Origin: Felis catus
Lineage: Eukaryota
DNA: 64,000 bases
Assembly: GCF_018350175.1 (NCBI RefSeq)
Contig: NC_058368.1
Span: 200,138,001-200,202,000, forward strand
Direction: 5' to 3'
The position numbers and the translations under genes are program-made. Position 1 is the first letter of the stretch. The number at the start of each line of letters is the position of its first letter. A model generated the notes under the pieces. It did not search any database. It worked only from the letters and a program-made list of their open reading frames with translations, and was not told the DNA's origin. Shown one piece after another: positions 1-12,464 of this stretch.

Positions 1-381
1 CCAGGAAGGGATATCAAAATTCTTATACAGCAAGTATGTGAAATTGAAGAGGAAGTCAGAATATCTAAACATTACAAAAACCCTAGGGAATGGCATGGTT
101 TCAGGGTTTTAAGTGGCCAAAAATATAAGCAAAACTTTAGAAATAAATCTGTAGTTTCATAAAGACGAAAAACATAGATCAAAAGAGCAAATGTTTACTT
201 TTGGTAAGATTTAGGGGTTATCACTAGTATTTAGATTCAAAGTTAGTATGGAAACAGGTATATTTTGGAATGTTTTTCTATAAACATAACCCTTTTCCAA
301 TTCTTGTAGCCTTTTTATGGGTGATAGCAGTTATTACCTCTCAAGCATGTGAAAATAAAGGACAGAGACATTAATAAGACT

Positions 382-1760
382 TAGTAATCAAAATAGTATG
401 GTACTGGCACAGAAAAATGGAACAGAACAGAAAATCCAGAAATAGACCCACAATTACATGGTCAATTAATCTTCAACAAAGCAGGAAAAAATAGCCAATG
501 GGAAAAAGACAGTATCTTCAACAAATGGTTGTGGGAAAACTGGACAACAACATGCAAAAGAAGGACTGGACCACTTTCTTACACCATACACAATAATAAA
601 TTCAAAATGGATTAAAGACCTAAACATGAAATCTGAAGCCAAAAAAATCCTAGAAGAGAATACAGTAACTTCTTGACATTGGCCATAGTAGCATCTTTCC
701 AGATATGTCGACTCCTGAGGCCAGGGAAACAAAAGCAAAAATAAACTATTAAAACCACATCAAAATATAAAGCTTCTGCACAGTGAATGAAATAAACAAT
801 AGAACTAAAAGGCAACCTAAGGAATGGAAGAATATATTTGCAAATGACGTGTCTGATAAAGGGTTAGTATCCCAAATCTATAAAGAACTTATAAAACTCA
901 CCCCTCCCAAATAAAATAACCCAATTAAAAAATAGGCAGAAGACACGAACAGACATTTCTTTAAAGAAGACATACAGATGGCTGACAGACACATAAAAAG
1001 ATGCTTATCATCACTTATCAAGGAAAACTACGATGAGATATCACATCACATCTATCAGACTGGGTAAAATCAACAACATAAGAAACAACAAATGTTGGTG
1101 AGGATGTGAAGAAAAAGGAACATTCATGCATTGTTGGTGGGAATCCAAACTGGTATAGCCATTATAGAAAACTGTACGGAGGTACAGAACTACCTTATGA
1201 TCCAGTGATTGCACTACTGGGTATTTACCCAAAGAATACAAAAACACTAATTCAAAGGGATACATGCAACCTTATGTTTTTGGCAGCATTATTTACAATA
1301 GCCAAGATATGGAATCAGCCCAGATGTCCATCAACTGATGAAAGGTTAAAGAAGATGTGATATATATATAATGTAATATTATTCAGCCATAAAAAAGAAA
1401 AAAAATGCTATTTGCAGTGACATGGAGCTAGAGATTATCATGTTAAGTTAAATAAATCAGAGAAAGACAAATACCATATGATTTCACTCATATGTGGAAT
1501 TTAAGAAACAAAACAAAGGAAAAATAGTAAGAGACAGAGTGAAAGAAACAGACTCTTAATTGTAGAGAACAATCTGATGGTTACCAGAGGGGAAGGGGAG
1601 GGAAGGGATGGGTTAAATAGATGATGGGGATTAAGGAGGGCACCTGTCATGGATGAGCACAGGATGATTAATGGAAGTGTTGAATCACTATATTGTACAC
1701 CTGAAACTAATATAACACTGTATGCTAACTAACTGGAATTAAAATAAAAACTTAAAAAAA
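382..1760 (+). mobile_element. 5'-truncated carnivore L1 (ORF2 C-terminal part + 3'UTR + A tail), decayed
   Basis: ORF2-like sequence from 'agtaatcaaaatagtatggtactggcac'. ORF 1106..1360 gives ELPYDPVIALLGIYPK...MFLAALFTIAKIWNQPRCPSTDE. Ends in the L1_Carn-type 3' end 'gttgaatcactatattgtacacctgaaactaatataacactgtatg' plus an A-rich tail. Confidence 0.95.
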
Positions 1761-2271
1761 ATTCTTAATAATTTTAGGACATTGACATGTTTATTTTTCT
1801 ACTTATCAGAGTAGATGCCAGTTCCAAATTTGTGTGTGTGTAAGAAAGAATAATTTTTAAAAAAGATAGAACTCATACATTTCATACTTATGAAATGTTA
1901 TGCTTAGTTATTTAGTATGTCCAAAGGTTTTTCCAAGTCTTTAATAATGAATGTGGTGTGAAATTAAGAGAGACTATTGTGATAAGGAAGATGATAACAT
2001 TGGAAAATATAAATAAAAATATATATTCATATGTTTCTTTCATTGCCCTAAAATATTTCCCTTGATATTTTCCCATATTAACTACCATCTGGATGTGTTC
2101 CTATCTGTCCCACATTTTCATATTAGATTTTTCAGTGGATTCTGTTTTGTATTATGCCCTTTACTCCATGTGACCCTTACTAGCTTTTTTTCCTATGTAT
2201 GTAATTCCAGGCAGTTATCTTCCTGTTTGTATTTCCCTCAATTTATACTGTTGTAGACAGTCTAGCCCAAG

Positions 2272-2302
2272 GTTTGTTTGTTTGTTTGTTTGTTTGTTTT
2301 TT
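2272..2302 (+). repeat. (GTTT)n microsatellite
   Basis: gtttgtttgtttgtttgtttgtttgtttttt. Confidence 0.9.
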
Positions 2303-2544
2303 AATGTCTACTCATATATCTAGATCCTGTAGAAGATCCTCTGATTTCAGTCCTTTTCCTTCCACTTAAGGCCCATTTCACCTACTCTCTGGCAGAAATT
2401 TCTTTGAAATAAAATAAAACTGAATTAAAAAGAATAAAATACATCTAAGCATATCACATAAATCTACATATGTGATAAAACTGCATAAAACTAAACACAC
2501 ATACGTATACAAATCAGTGTGTGTTTTTATAAGGGCATATATTT

Positions 2545-2718
2545 ATAAGGCTGTTGGGTTGTATCAGTGTAACTTTCTTGGTTGTAATTTTGTACTATAG
2601 CTATATAAGATGTTACCATTGGAGGATGAAGGGTAAAGGATCCACAGAATCTCTGTGTATTACTTTTTACAACTACTTGTGAGTCTAAAGTTATTTCTAA
2701 ATTAGAAGTTTTCAAAAA
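2545..2718 (+). mobile_element. Old L1M (L1MC/MD-type) 3' end
   Basis: 'gatgttaccattggagg...gggtaaaggatccacagaatctctgtgtattac...acaactacttgtgagtctaaagttatttctaaa' matches the ancient L1M 3'UTR terminus. Confidence 0.75.
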
Positions 2719-3228
2719 GACATATATGTAAAACATAATTGAGTTTTAGAGTTTTGCTTTGTATCTTCTGCTGAATTGGTTATCTTGGACAAGACTACAA
2801 ATCATCATCTAGCACCTTCACTGCACCCCCGTCCTGTTTTCAAGTACAGCAAATTAAATGTTATAGGCATCTTGATCCTTCAACTGAATCCATTCATAAA
2901 TCTTAAGTTACTTTTCAATCACTCACCTATTCACTGTCAGTCAATAAATCTTTATTAAATCCACCTTTATGAACCAGGAACCCTTGTAGGCAGGCACTAG
3001 AATTATAAGCAATGAATTTTTTTCCTGGCTTTAATGAAGTTTATTTTCCTGAATGAAAAGTATTTGTGGTATATGAAGATCTACTGAGTTTGTAGTTTCA
3101 GTTTGCTCTTATTTGCAGGCTACTTCATTGGCACTGTCTTAATTTATTCTATGATACATCCAAGTGCATCTTTTCAAACACAATAATTGTTTTCAGGTAT
3201 AGAAATCTCAAGATTAAAAATAAGCATT

Positions 3229-3426
3229 GGGGAGCTTGAGTGGCACAGTCGGTTAAGCAGCAGACTCTTGATTTCAGCTCAGGTCTTGGTGTCACGGTTT
3301 GTGAGTTCGAGCCCCACATTGGGCTCCACACATAGTGTATGGAGCCTGCTTCTGATTCTCTCTCTCCATCCTTCCCCAGCTCATGCCTGCTCTCTCTCAA
3401 AAATAAATAAATAAACTTTAAAAAAG
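3229..3426 (+). mobile_element. Can-SINE (SINEC)
   Basis: tRNA-like head with A/B-box (tggcacagtcgg / gagttcgagcc), (CT)n tract, AATAAA tail; TSD aaataagcat at 3218-3227 and 3427-3436. Confidence 0.95.
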
Positions 3427-4474
3427 AAATAAGCATCAAAACCCATAAAAATATCAGAAATTGAAGGGAAATATAGATCTAACTTGTAGTGGAGACAGAA
3501 TATTGATGAACCAAGAAAAGTGTTTCATTTGAAAAGCCTGTTTGTGATAAACAAAATGACTCACCTCATCAAATAGAGATCTTTAGGCAAAGCTGCTTCC
3601 ATAAACCACAACTGATAAGAGATGGAATTTCACTAAATTCTTAAGAGATTACAGACTGTTTTTAGCCTCAAATATACTCATTATTTCATCCCTGGATATA
3701 TCCAACAACATTTTAAACTACAATTGGATTACATGAGATAGGTTTAATTCTATTTTTATTTTGGAGTGTGCGTGGGGGAATAAAAAGGAAGAAAAATGAG
3801 AAAACAGCTTCTAATTGAATACATTTACTTATACTTCCATGTTTATGGATATATATCACTAAGTGAGACACTAAAACTTCAAAATTTGTAGTATGGCTCC
3901 AGTTGTGATGATGACTATCTCTGCTCTTTGGTGTTTATATTTTCTTAGGTCAACACAGGGCATTCCTTTCGGGATTTGTTTTCCAGGTGTTTTTCAGCCT
4001 CTGTTTTGTAAAGCATTTTTCTTGTGATAAAGAAAACTTATCTGTAAAATACAGTGATAACATTACTAGTCTCGCAAACATTGGCCCATTGAAAATACGG
4101 GATTTCATGAAAGCTACTAGGGGCAATAAATGACATATGATAGAATCCGTATGTGTTTCATTCATTGGAATTTTTTTCTTTGATTACTATTATAGACTGT
4201 GGGTATGAGACTTAAAGTCAACTTTTATAGTCTCTATCTTTCCCTTTCTACCACAGAAAGACTCTGTAGACTAGCTGCTTGTGCTTAACATGGCTCTTGG
4301 TAAAAGAACCTGAGCTAACATGCTGTAACTTGCACAGCCACCACTCTTGGACCTCAAGACTCTTCCCCTTTTCACTCCATTTTATTCCATTTACAAACCT
4401 CAGCCTGGCTTATTTTCTATACTGGATTACATGGTCAGTTAGTTGTTTGTTGTTTGTTTTTTCACCAATTCCAT

Positions 4475-4500
4475 CCTAACCCTGACCCTAACCCTAACCC
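4475..4500 (-). repeat. Short (TTAGGG)n-like tract, about 4 units
   Basis: cctaac cctgac cctaac cctaac cc on the + strand. Confidence 0.6.
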
Positions 4501-7500
4501 TTTCCCCTTTGTCTTTCAACAAAATTCTTCCTATAGACCAACAACACTGTATCAATCCTTAAATCTGGTGGAGAAAAACATATAAACGATTGTATCATTG
4601 GCACCAGAAATTCAGTTTGCAGCCTCAGTGGTTTCTTTAACATCAAAATCTTTCATTTTTACTATTCAAAACTATAGAATTATCTTCCAATCTTTCTAAG
4701 GGGATTTGACCATTATTGTGGCTCTCAGGACACATTTTTTGTTGTTGAATGGTATGGAACATTCCCACGTTTTGCTAGAGTGCATCTTGGAAGTTGCTTT
4801 GGAAAGCAAATATGGTAGAGATAGTTTAGCTTTTTTTTTTTCCCCAAAAAAAGCCACTTTGTAAACTGTGGTCATTCTATTCTATCACCAAACTCTTGAC
4901 TGCATTTACACCTGGGCTTTGAAGAACCAGCTGCTGAAAGTGATAAATCAGCAGTTGAAAATGATGAATGAGAGACCCATTGGAGTTCCAAGTGAAATAT
5001 AGGTGCTTTTCAACAATGTTAGATTGGTAACTGGACATGGCAAGGAGTGGTGACTGCTGGTAAAATGTTTAAATAAATATATATTATAGTAGCAATTATA
5101 CTTACTTATTTGAATTCTATTTGAAGTTCTCTTATTATTATAACATGTGGGGTTTTTATTTTGAGGAGCAGTACTAACAATAAATCAGAACTAACATTTA
5201 TTGAGTGTCAATTATGTGCCAAGCCCAGTGCTAGGCTGGGGAGCATTAGCTATGAAATGCCTAGTTCATTAGCTATGAAATGCCACTTATGGAAAATTAT
5301 GATCTGATTTCTATACTATTGTACTATCTTTAGATATAACAGGCATTCTGGATTTTAAAACCTATCTATAATGTTTCCAGTGTGGTTTATGCTTACTCAA
5401 ATGGAATATTTTTCAGCTTGTTCCTTTCCAACTGCTACTTATACACCTGTCATTCATGGCTCTTTCTACTCTGATTTTGATTTATTCAATTTGCCAGTGT
5501 TCCCTGGTTACTAGTCCATGTAATGGTCTGTTCATTTGTACATAAACATTTATACAAGATGGAAAAGTTGAAGTAATTTAAATTTGGACCATTTTTTTTC
5601 CAGTGTGAATTGTGTGTCGCTACAGTACTTCAACGAAAGGTTATTCATTGGTTTACTCTCTGCTTTTTTATAGCTTCCAGGCATGTTTAATATCTGTGAT
5701 TGACTGAATTTTTCAGGTTAACATCTGCATTTAATCACAAGTTATTACCCATTTCCTCGACTGGTCAGCGTAACATTTCAATCACTCCTTCCTTCTTTCT
5801 CCACCCGTGTAGTAAAAGATTCAAAGTCAGTTATACTTTCTCTCTTTCACAGCCATGGAGCTGCACTTAAATAATATTTAAGAAAGTTATATTTCTTTTG
5901 AAGTGGTCACAGGAAGCATATGCTTAGTGTATATAAACAGAGAGAGAGAGTTGAGGCACTGATTTGGAAGGCTTGGTTGATTTATAGAGCTCTTGTATCT
6001 ACATAGAAACATTATGCTTCAGCAAGAAATGAAAGGCTCTATTGGGCTCCACTAGCCTCACAGCTCCTGCCCAACACACTGAGATTTAAAGAGCAAGGCT
6101 TCTTTCAACTTCTCATTGCCCTTACTTTTTTGGAATGGTTCAGCAAACTTCTGAGAGGTCTCTGTTTTAGCTTAAACACTTCTTGTCTCACTTTCCAAAC
6201 TTTAATTTTTCAAAGTCATTTGATCATGGAGAACAAAACCTTAAGGATTAGCCATACTTCAGGTAAAAGGAACTCATTCCAGTTCTTTTCCCCACTGAAC
6301 AGGATCATTCAAACAGATTCTCCCATTTTTCTCTGAGTTCTCCATAAACCTGTCATAAATGATTCAATTTAAGGAAGAAAAATATTAAAGCTGAACAGCT
6401 AAACATGTGGTCATGTCTGGCCACTATATTTTTGGCAAAACTTGACCTAATCCAGGAATTTGCATGTCTTCCAAAGTTGAGTATTTTTGTTGGGGAAGGA
6501 AAGAAGGGGGTAGGACACGAACAACTATCCTGGGATTTTAATTGATTGAGAAGTAGGGCATGAGCAATATTCTCTCCACCCCCCCCCCCCAAGTATGGAG
6601 GATACTGGAGTATGATTAAAAACTATGAAGGGAATATGTGAAATTCACACATTTTATCTAATCAAATACATCTCACAATTATGTTATTCTGACATATTTA
6701 ATAATGAGCATGGATCACTGTTGTTCTAGGAAGTTTTTAGGCACAATATACATAAAATTGTGCATAATGATCGAAATTAACATCCCTTATATATAGTCAA
6801 AACCCTCATTATTTTTCCCAATTTACTCAGAAACAAAGGGAAAAATTGTGTGAAAGACCTTAATTGCCTTAATTTCAGGAATGACATCTTGTTCATCATT
6901 TTATCACCAAAGTCAAATACATTGGCTGATGATCAGCAGATACTCAAAGTTCATACAAAAATGAATAGGGTATGAGGTATGTAACTGCTCTCTACCCTTC
7001 AAGGTTCAAGTGGCTGTGAATAGTATGTGGAAAGAATGTCAACATTCTCCAGGGTGGGACCAGAGGTACCTGAGGCGGGGGGGGGGGGGACTTGGAGAGC
7101 AAATGGGGATAAATTTTGCCTTTAGACCATTTAGAAGTCTTGGAGCCCTGGAAAGTTGGGAAATGAGCACCTGGGGAACTTGGTGAAGGAAGGAATAGAG
7201 CATGGCCTGCCGGTTACATGGACATGAGATGCTAGAGTACAATTTCCAGAAGCAGAATGTAAGCCCTTCTAGCACATGCATCCCAGGAGCAGGAGACCTT
7301 CTGGGGGAGAAAAGCCAAGAACCATTCTTTCTGGCTGTGACCACTGAGTTTCCTGGAATCAAATGTACCAGGTTCACATGTAGAGTTGACTTTCTGGTGA
7401 CATTTCCATGTCCATGCAAAAATGCTCTTTATTTATGCACTCTTCCCTAATGAGTTCAGGTACAGCTTCAGAATCTCTTTCAACATAGGACTTCAGGCAG

Positions 7501-8228
7501 CAACTATCAATGTACTTGGATTTTAGAAATAAAACCAACCCTTGCCCTAATAACAGGGACAATAGGAAATACTTTCTGCTTCTACTTAATTTCCCCTTGC
7601 CTGTCCCCAACATAAGTTCCCTTAGTCAGTCTGCTCACTGAAATGTGAGATCACCTTCAACAATTAGAAACTTAAGTCAATGCTTACACATCATTCCAAT
7701 TTTCTTCCTGTCTGTTCCCTCTTCCTGCACTCTCTATGTCATCCCTTATGCTCATGCCTCCTCTAGGGCACTTATTTTAAAATAAATCCTCCCAAGTTAT
7801 TTGCATAATTATTTGCATAATCTGCCTTCCTACTTCTCTGTCTTATTAAGGTCTGGTCTAGGCTTGCTGCATCCACATATGGACCACCTGTATTTTTCAT
7901 CATTGTCAGCAGTCTGGCTTCTGTCCCTTCTGCACTCTACTCTTCCTGCTGCTGTTGCTATTTCCCCTTTACTGACGACCAGAAAATTGTGGTCCAGAAA
8001 TTGTGGCAAAATACATGCATAGTACCATGTAGTCCCTTAGAAAAGAACTCTAGGGGGTAAGTGCTAGTAATTGGGTATAAAGAGATTATGTAATTTACAA
8101 GAGGACACAGAGCTAGTAAATGGAATAGGGAGGAATTAACCCCAATCCAACTATAAAGTCAATGCTCTTAAATGCCTTCACAGACCACTTTCTTGTATAC
8201 TTTTCTTTCAGTCTTTATATTACTCAAC

Positions 8229-8426
8229 CTAACACTATCTAAAAGAACTTTCTGCCATGATGGGTTTGTTCTATATCTGTATTATTATTTTACAAACGCC
8301 ACTTGCCACATAAGGTGTTAAACACTTGAAATGTGACTAATGCAATAGAGGAACTGCATTTAAATTTAGTTTAATTTCTACTTAAATAGGTATAGGTAGC
8401 TAGCGGCTATCCTATTGGATAGCACA
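8229..8426. mobile_element. MER3-like hAT-Charlie MITE
   Basis: 'agaactttctgccatgatgg...ttctatatctg...acacttgaaatgtgactaatgcaatagaggaactg...gctagcggctatcctattggatagcaca' is collinear with the MER3 consensus. Confidence 0.8.
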
Positions 8427-8569
8427 ACTTCAATAACTCACTGTCATTAGATCCTGTCAATAGCTTCTTTATATGTATGCTTTGCTTTTCCTCCATTTCA
8501 ATGGTCAAAGTTGTTTTCTTGTTTTCCGTTCTTCTTCTGGGTTTGTTTCTTCTTCCAGTTTCCTATAGG

Positions 8570-9230
8570 TAAGTCGTCCTCAGGTTTCTTTCTCAACCTC
8601 TTCTTTTCCTACATTTTATCCCTTGCATTAGTACTCATTCCTGTGCCTTTAAATATCTTCTTTAGATGAAGGGAGAAATCTTTACTGTCAGTCACAATCT
8701 TTCCCTTATTTTTAGACAAACTTCCATTTGCTTACTGAACATCCCTTCTTCGTGTAGCACTTTCTCCAAGTATGTGACAGAAACAGAAGTAATCTTCCTT
8801 TTCAAAGTTCTTCTTCGTGTATTCCCTATTTTTATTAATGATACCACCATGCTTTTAAAATTCCCAGGTTTAAAACTTTTAATTGTTCTTGGGCAATTAT
8901 CTCTTTTGTTTGGCTCTGTATGAAATCATTTGCTGTTTCATTGATCCTATCTTGCAAATATCCCAAGTTTCTTCCCACTTCTTCACTTTTTCCACCTGCA
9001 ACTCCATTTCTGAGTTTCAAATATCAGGTGCCTCAGAATAGATTGTCTGGAATATTACTATAACTCTCTAAACGGCTTCTCTGCATCCAACTTTCAGTGA
9101 TTCAATTTCTCTGACCTATTGCTATCAAATTAATCATTTTTAATCCTTTCTCTAAAAATTCATTTTCATGCTTACAAAACTTTGAGGATCGTGACTCATT
9201 CTAATTAAAGCCCATTAACTCTGGTCTGGA
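8570..9230 (+). mobile_element. L2 fragment (ancient)
   Basis: Pyrimidine-rich L2-like motifs such as 'cctcagg', 'atttgcttactgaacatcc', 'ttaatgataccaccat'; probably continues after the L1 insertion to about 9760. Confidence 0.55.
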
Positions 9231-9251
9231 TTTTGTCTTCATGATCCTCTT

Positions 9252-9516
9252 TTTTTTTCTTTTATATATATAATTTATTGTCAAGTTAGCTAACATACGG
9301 TGTATACAGTGTGCTCTTGGTTTGGGGGGAGATTCCCATGATTCATCACTTGCAGACAACACCTAGTGCTCATTACAACAAGTGCCCTCCTCAACGCCCA
9401 TCACCCATCCCTCCCCACCCCTATCAACCCTCAGTTTATTCTCTGTATTTAAGAGTCTTTTATGGTTTGCCTTCCTCTCTGTTTGAAACTATGTTTTCCC
9501 CTTCCCTTCCCCCATG
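9252..9516 (-). mobile_element. Short felid/carnivore L1 3' end
   Basis: Poly-T then L1 3'UTR in reverse ('acaagtgccctcctcaacgcccatcaccca', 'aaccctcagtttattctctgtatttaagagtc'); TSD ttcatgat(c/t)ctctt at 9238-9251 and 9517-9530. Confidence 0.9.
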
Positions 9517-9869
9517 TTCATGATTCTCTTAATTTCCATATCCATTTTCTCTTCCCAATGAAGTCTTTCTAGTCTTTTTTTTTTTTTTAGAAAATAATAT
9601 CTTCTTTCCCTGATTTAACACAGCAATATTGCTTCTTACCTTGCTATATTTTTATTTACATACACATCTCTGACTTCCATTAGATCCTTAAGTGTAGAAC
9701 ATTCTTTATTTGTATTTGCACCCCATAATAATTAGGATGACTTAAAAATGATAGAATTTATATAATTTTAATTCAGTTCTCAACTACTTTTAAATTTAAT
9801 TTGTAATGCTTCTTTCCTACCAAACACTCTCTAAATCTTTGTGAATGCAAGGAAAAAAAGAACATTTTT

Positions 9870-10740
9870 CTCTGTTTTATGGATTTCAAAGTCTAGTAGG
9901 GAAGGCATTCTAAAGATTATTTTAGAATAAAATGTTACACATACAGTATTAGAATCATTTTCTAGACAAAGTCTGGCACAAAGGAAAGAATAATCAAGTC
10001 TCAGTGGGTGGCTTTAGGAAAATTTAGCAGAGCAAGAAATCTTGAGAGATCTGGGTGTGAAAGTACCTTAAAGAAAGAGTTTACCTAAAAGTCTGAGGAT
10101 GCTAGTATACCTAAAGAACATGTAGAGTTCGAGCAGTGACCTACAGACTTATTGGAACTTATTGGAAAGCTACATGTATTTCTGAATGTCTAGAACACAA
10201 GGTGATTAATACATAAAGAAGGTAAGGGAGTGAAAAGAGAAGAGGTTAGACATGAATCCTTAACTTCAAGCATACATGGAAGACCTCGTATGTCATCCTA
10301 AGAAGTTTTGCCTTTCTTCTGGAAGGGAATCATTAAGAGTTTTAAGTAGAGTGAGTAACTTATTTAGATTTATTTTTCAGAAAGTTCTTTGGTAGAAAAA
10401 TGAAAAGATTCAATATTGGAGATAGGAGAGTAATTTAAAAAGTTGTTGCAATATCCTAGACAAGAGAGTTAAAGTCCTAAGTTAAAGCAATGGCAGAGAG
10501 GATGAGAAAGAACCCAATGCATGACTGGTCAATGGATGGTAATAGAATTAATGAAGAAAGGTATTCTGAAGAGGAGGTGCATTAGCAAGAACACACATAA
10601 ATTCATTCATTCCTTAAAGTTTTGGAGTCTCTAGACCATCCAGGCGGAGGTGTTCATGAGACAGCTGAACACAGACATATAGGTGTCAGGAAAGCAGTCT
10701 GACAACAGAGATAAAATCTGAGGTACACCAGCTTTTAGGC
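9870..10740 (-). mobile_element. L2 fragment (ancient)
   Basis: Purine-rich reverse L2 motifs such as 'gggaatcattaagagttttaagtag', 'atttagatttatttttcagaaag', 'gttgttgcaatatcctagacaagag'. Confidence 0.55.
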
Positions 10741-12260
10741 AAAGATATAATATGGTTTTGGGACAGGATACAAAGACAAACAGGCCCAACATCTTTTCAG
10801 TGATTTGTCATTTTTTTCTACGTTGTGAAGAAAAGGTTTATGCTTAAGGGAAACTAATTTCATCTTTCTTGCTCTAGGCTATAAAGGAAAGAAGGGAGAG
10901 TTATGAAGGAAGACAGATGTTGTTACATTTATTGGAGGAACTATGATATCTGTTAATCTTTCCTAAATATGAGTTGAAAATTGAAGACAATTTGTGTCAA
11001 TATATATCTGAGGAATAATGTATTAAAAATGAAATGCTAATTTTGGGACACTTTTACATTTTACATTTAAAAACAGAATAAGATCTTTTGGTACCTTACT
11101 TCCAACTGTGACTCTATAACTCTTCTTGTTTTATTTTTAGGAAATCAACTCTTTTCAGAGGTCGAAATAAAAATGAAGATGAGTATAGTCATTCCAGGAT
11201 TTATTTACTGAATTCCTAATTTGTTACTAATATAGGTGCTGAGATTTATTTACTCATCCTCACAAATAATTTTCAAAAACCTTTAGACTAAGAAAATATA
11301 TTTCACCATTTCTCATTAGGTTGTACATTTTTAATACTTATGTCTCCAACTGCGGTATTACATATTCATTCTTACAGGACTATTTACAGTTTAGTATCTC
11401 TCTTTCATTAGCATTGACCAAGGCTAAATTTTTTGATTTAATACTTATTTTATTTCATTCCATAATTATAGCATATAGCACCAATATATCTTTTGAAGTA
11501 TTTGACTTCTGCTAACAAATATGTCCCATAAGTGGTTTGCCACCTTCGCCATATCTATCTTTTCCTTTTCTTCTTTTGTACTGATCCTGGTGGGACACTT
11601 AATTTGTTGAGAGGCAACATATCCAATGATGCATGAATTATAGCCTCACTTTGAATTCTGGGGAAAAGGAAGCAGGAAAGTTTTTGAGAAGGGCCCTTGG
11701 CCCTGAAACTCTTCCCCTGGCTGGGACTTCTGGCCTCAGGGCCACAGAGGAAGACCCATCTGTTTTCTCAGGCTCTGACCTTGGGGAGAGATGTGAAGGA
11801 AGTTTTGCGAATCTCCAGAGACTGGATAGCATTCTTGAGACATGTTTATAATGCAGCTCTGTGAAGAATCATCCATGACTATTGAGATGAGACATTTTAT
11901 TCTATTTTAAATATTCTTACAGAATATTTTATTACTAAAGTAGTTAATAAAAAAAACCCTAACACAATATTCTCTTCCTTTCTTAATGCTCATTCTGTAA
12001 TTAAGCTACAAATTATAGAGACACATTCAAAATAATAAGGGCTGGGAATCATTTAGAAACACACAGATTTACATATATACCTATGTATCATTTTAATCTA
12101 TAATGGCTTGAAAGTGGGGTTCTAATATTAATGACCATTATTATATTAGTAATTATTTACTTTGTGGTAAAATTTATAAACTTCTATATAATATTCCTTT
12201 TTGATGGACTATTAGAAATAATATATTTAAGCATTAAACTATTAAAATTATTTAAAAAAA

Positions 12261-12464
12261 TTAATGTTTATTTATTTTTGAGAGAGACAGAGACAGAATG
12301 TGAGTGGGTTAGAGCGGAGAGAGAGGGAGGCACAGAATCTGAAGCAGGCTCCAGGCTCTGAGCTGTCAGCACAGAGCCTGACGCGGGGCTCGAACTCACA
12401 AGCTGTGAGATCATGACCTGAGCTGAAGTCGGATGCTCAACAGACTGAGCCACACAGGTGCCCC
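12261..12464 (-). mobile_element. Can-SINE (SINEC_Fc-type)
   Basis: Reverse SINEC with 'gaagcaggctccaggctctgagctgtcagcacagagcc'; TSD about aaaattattt. Confidence 0.95.

Noticed and set aside
3229..3320. tRNA gene
   Set aside because: The A/B boxes belong to the tRNA-derived head of a Can-SINE
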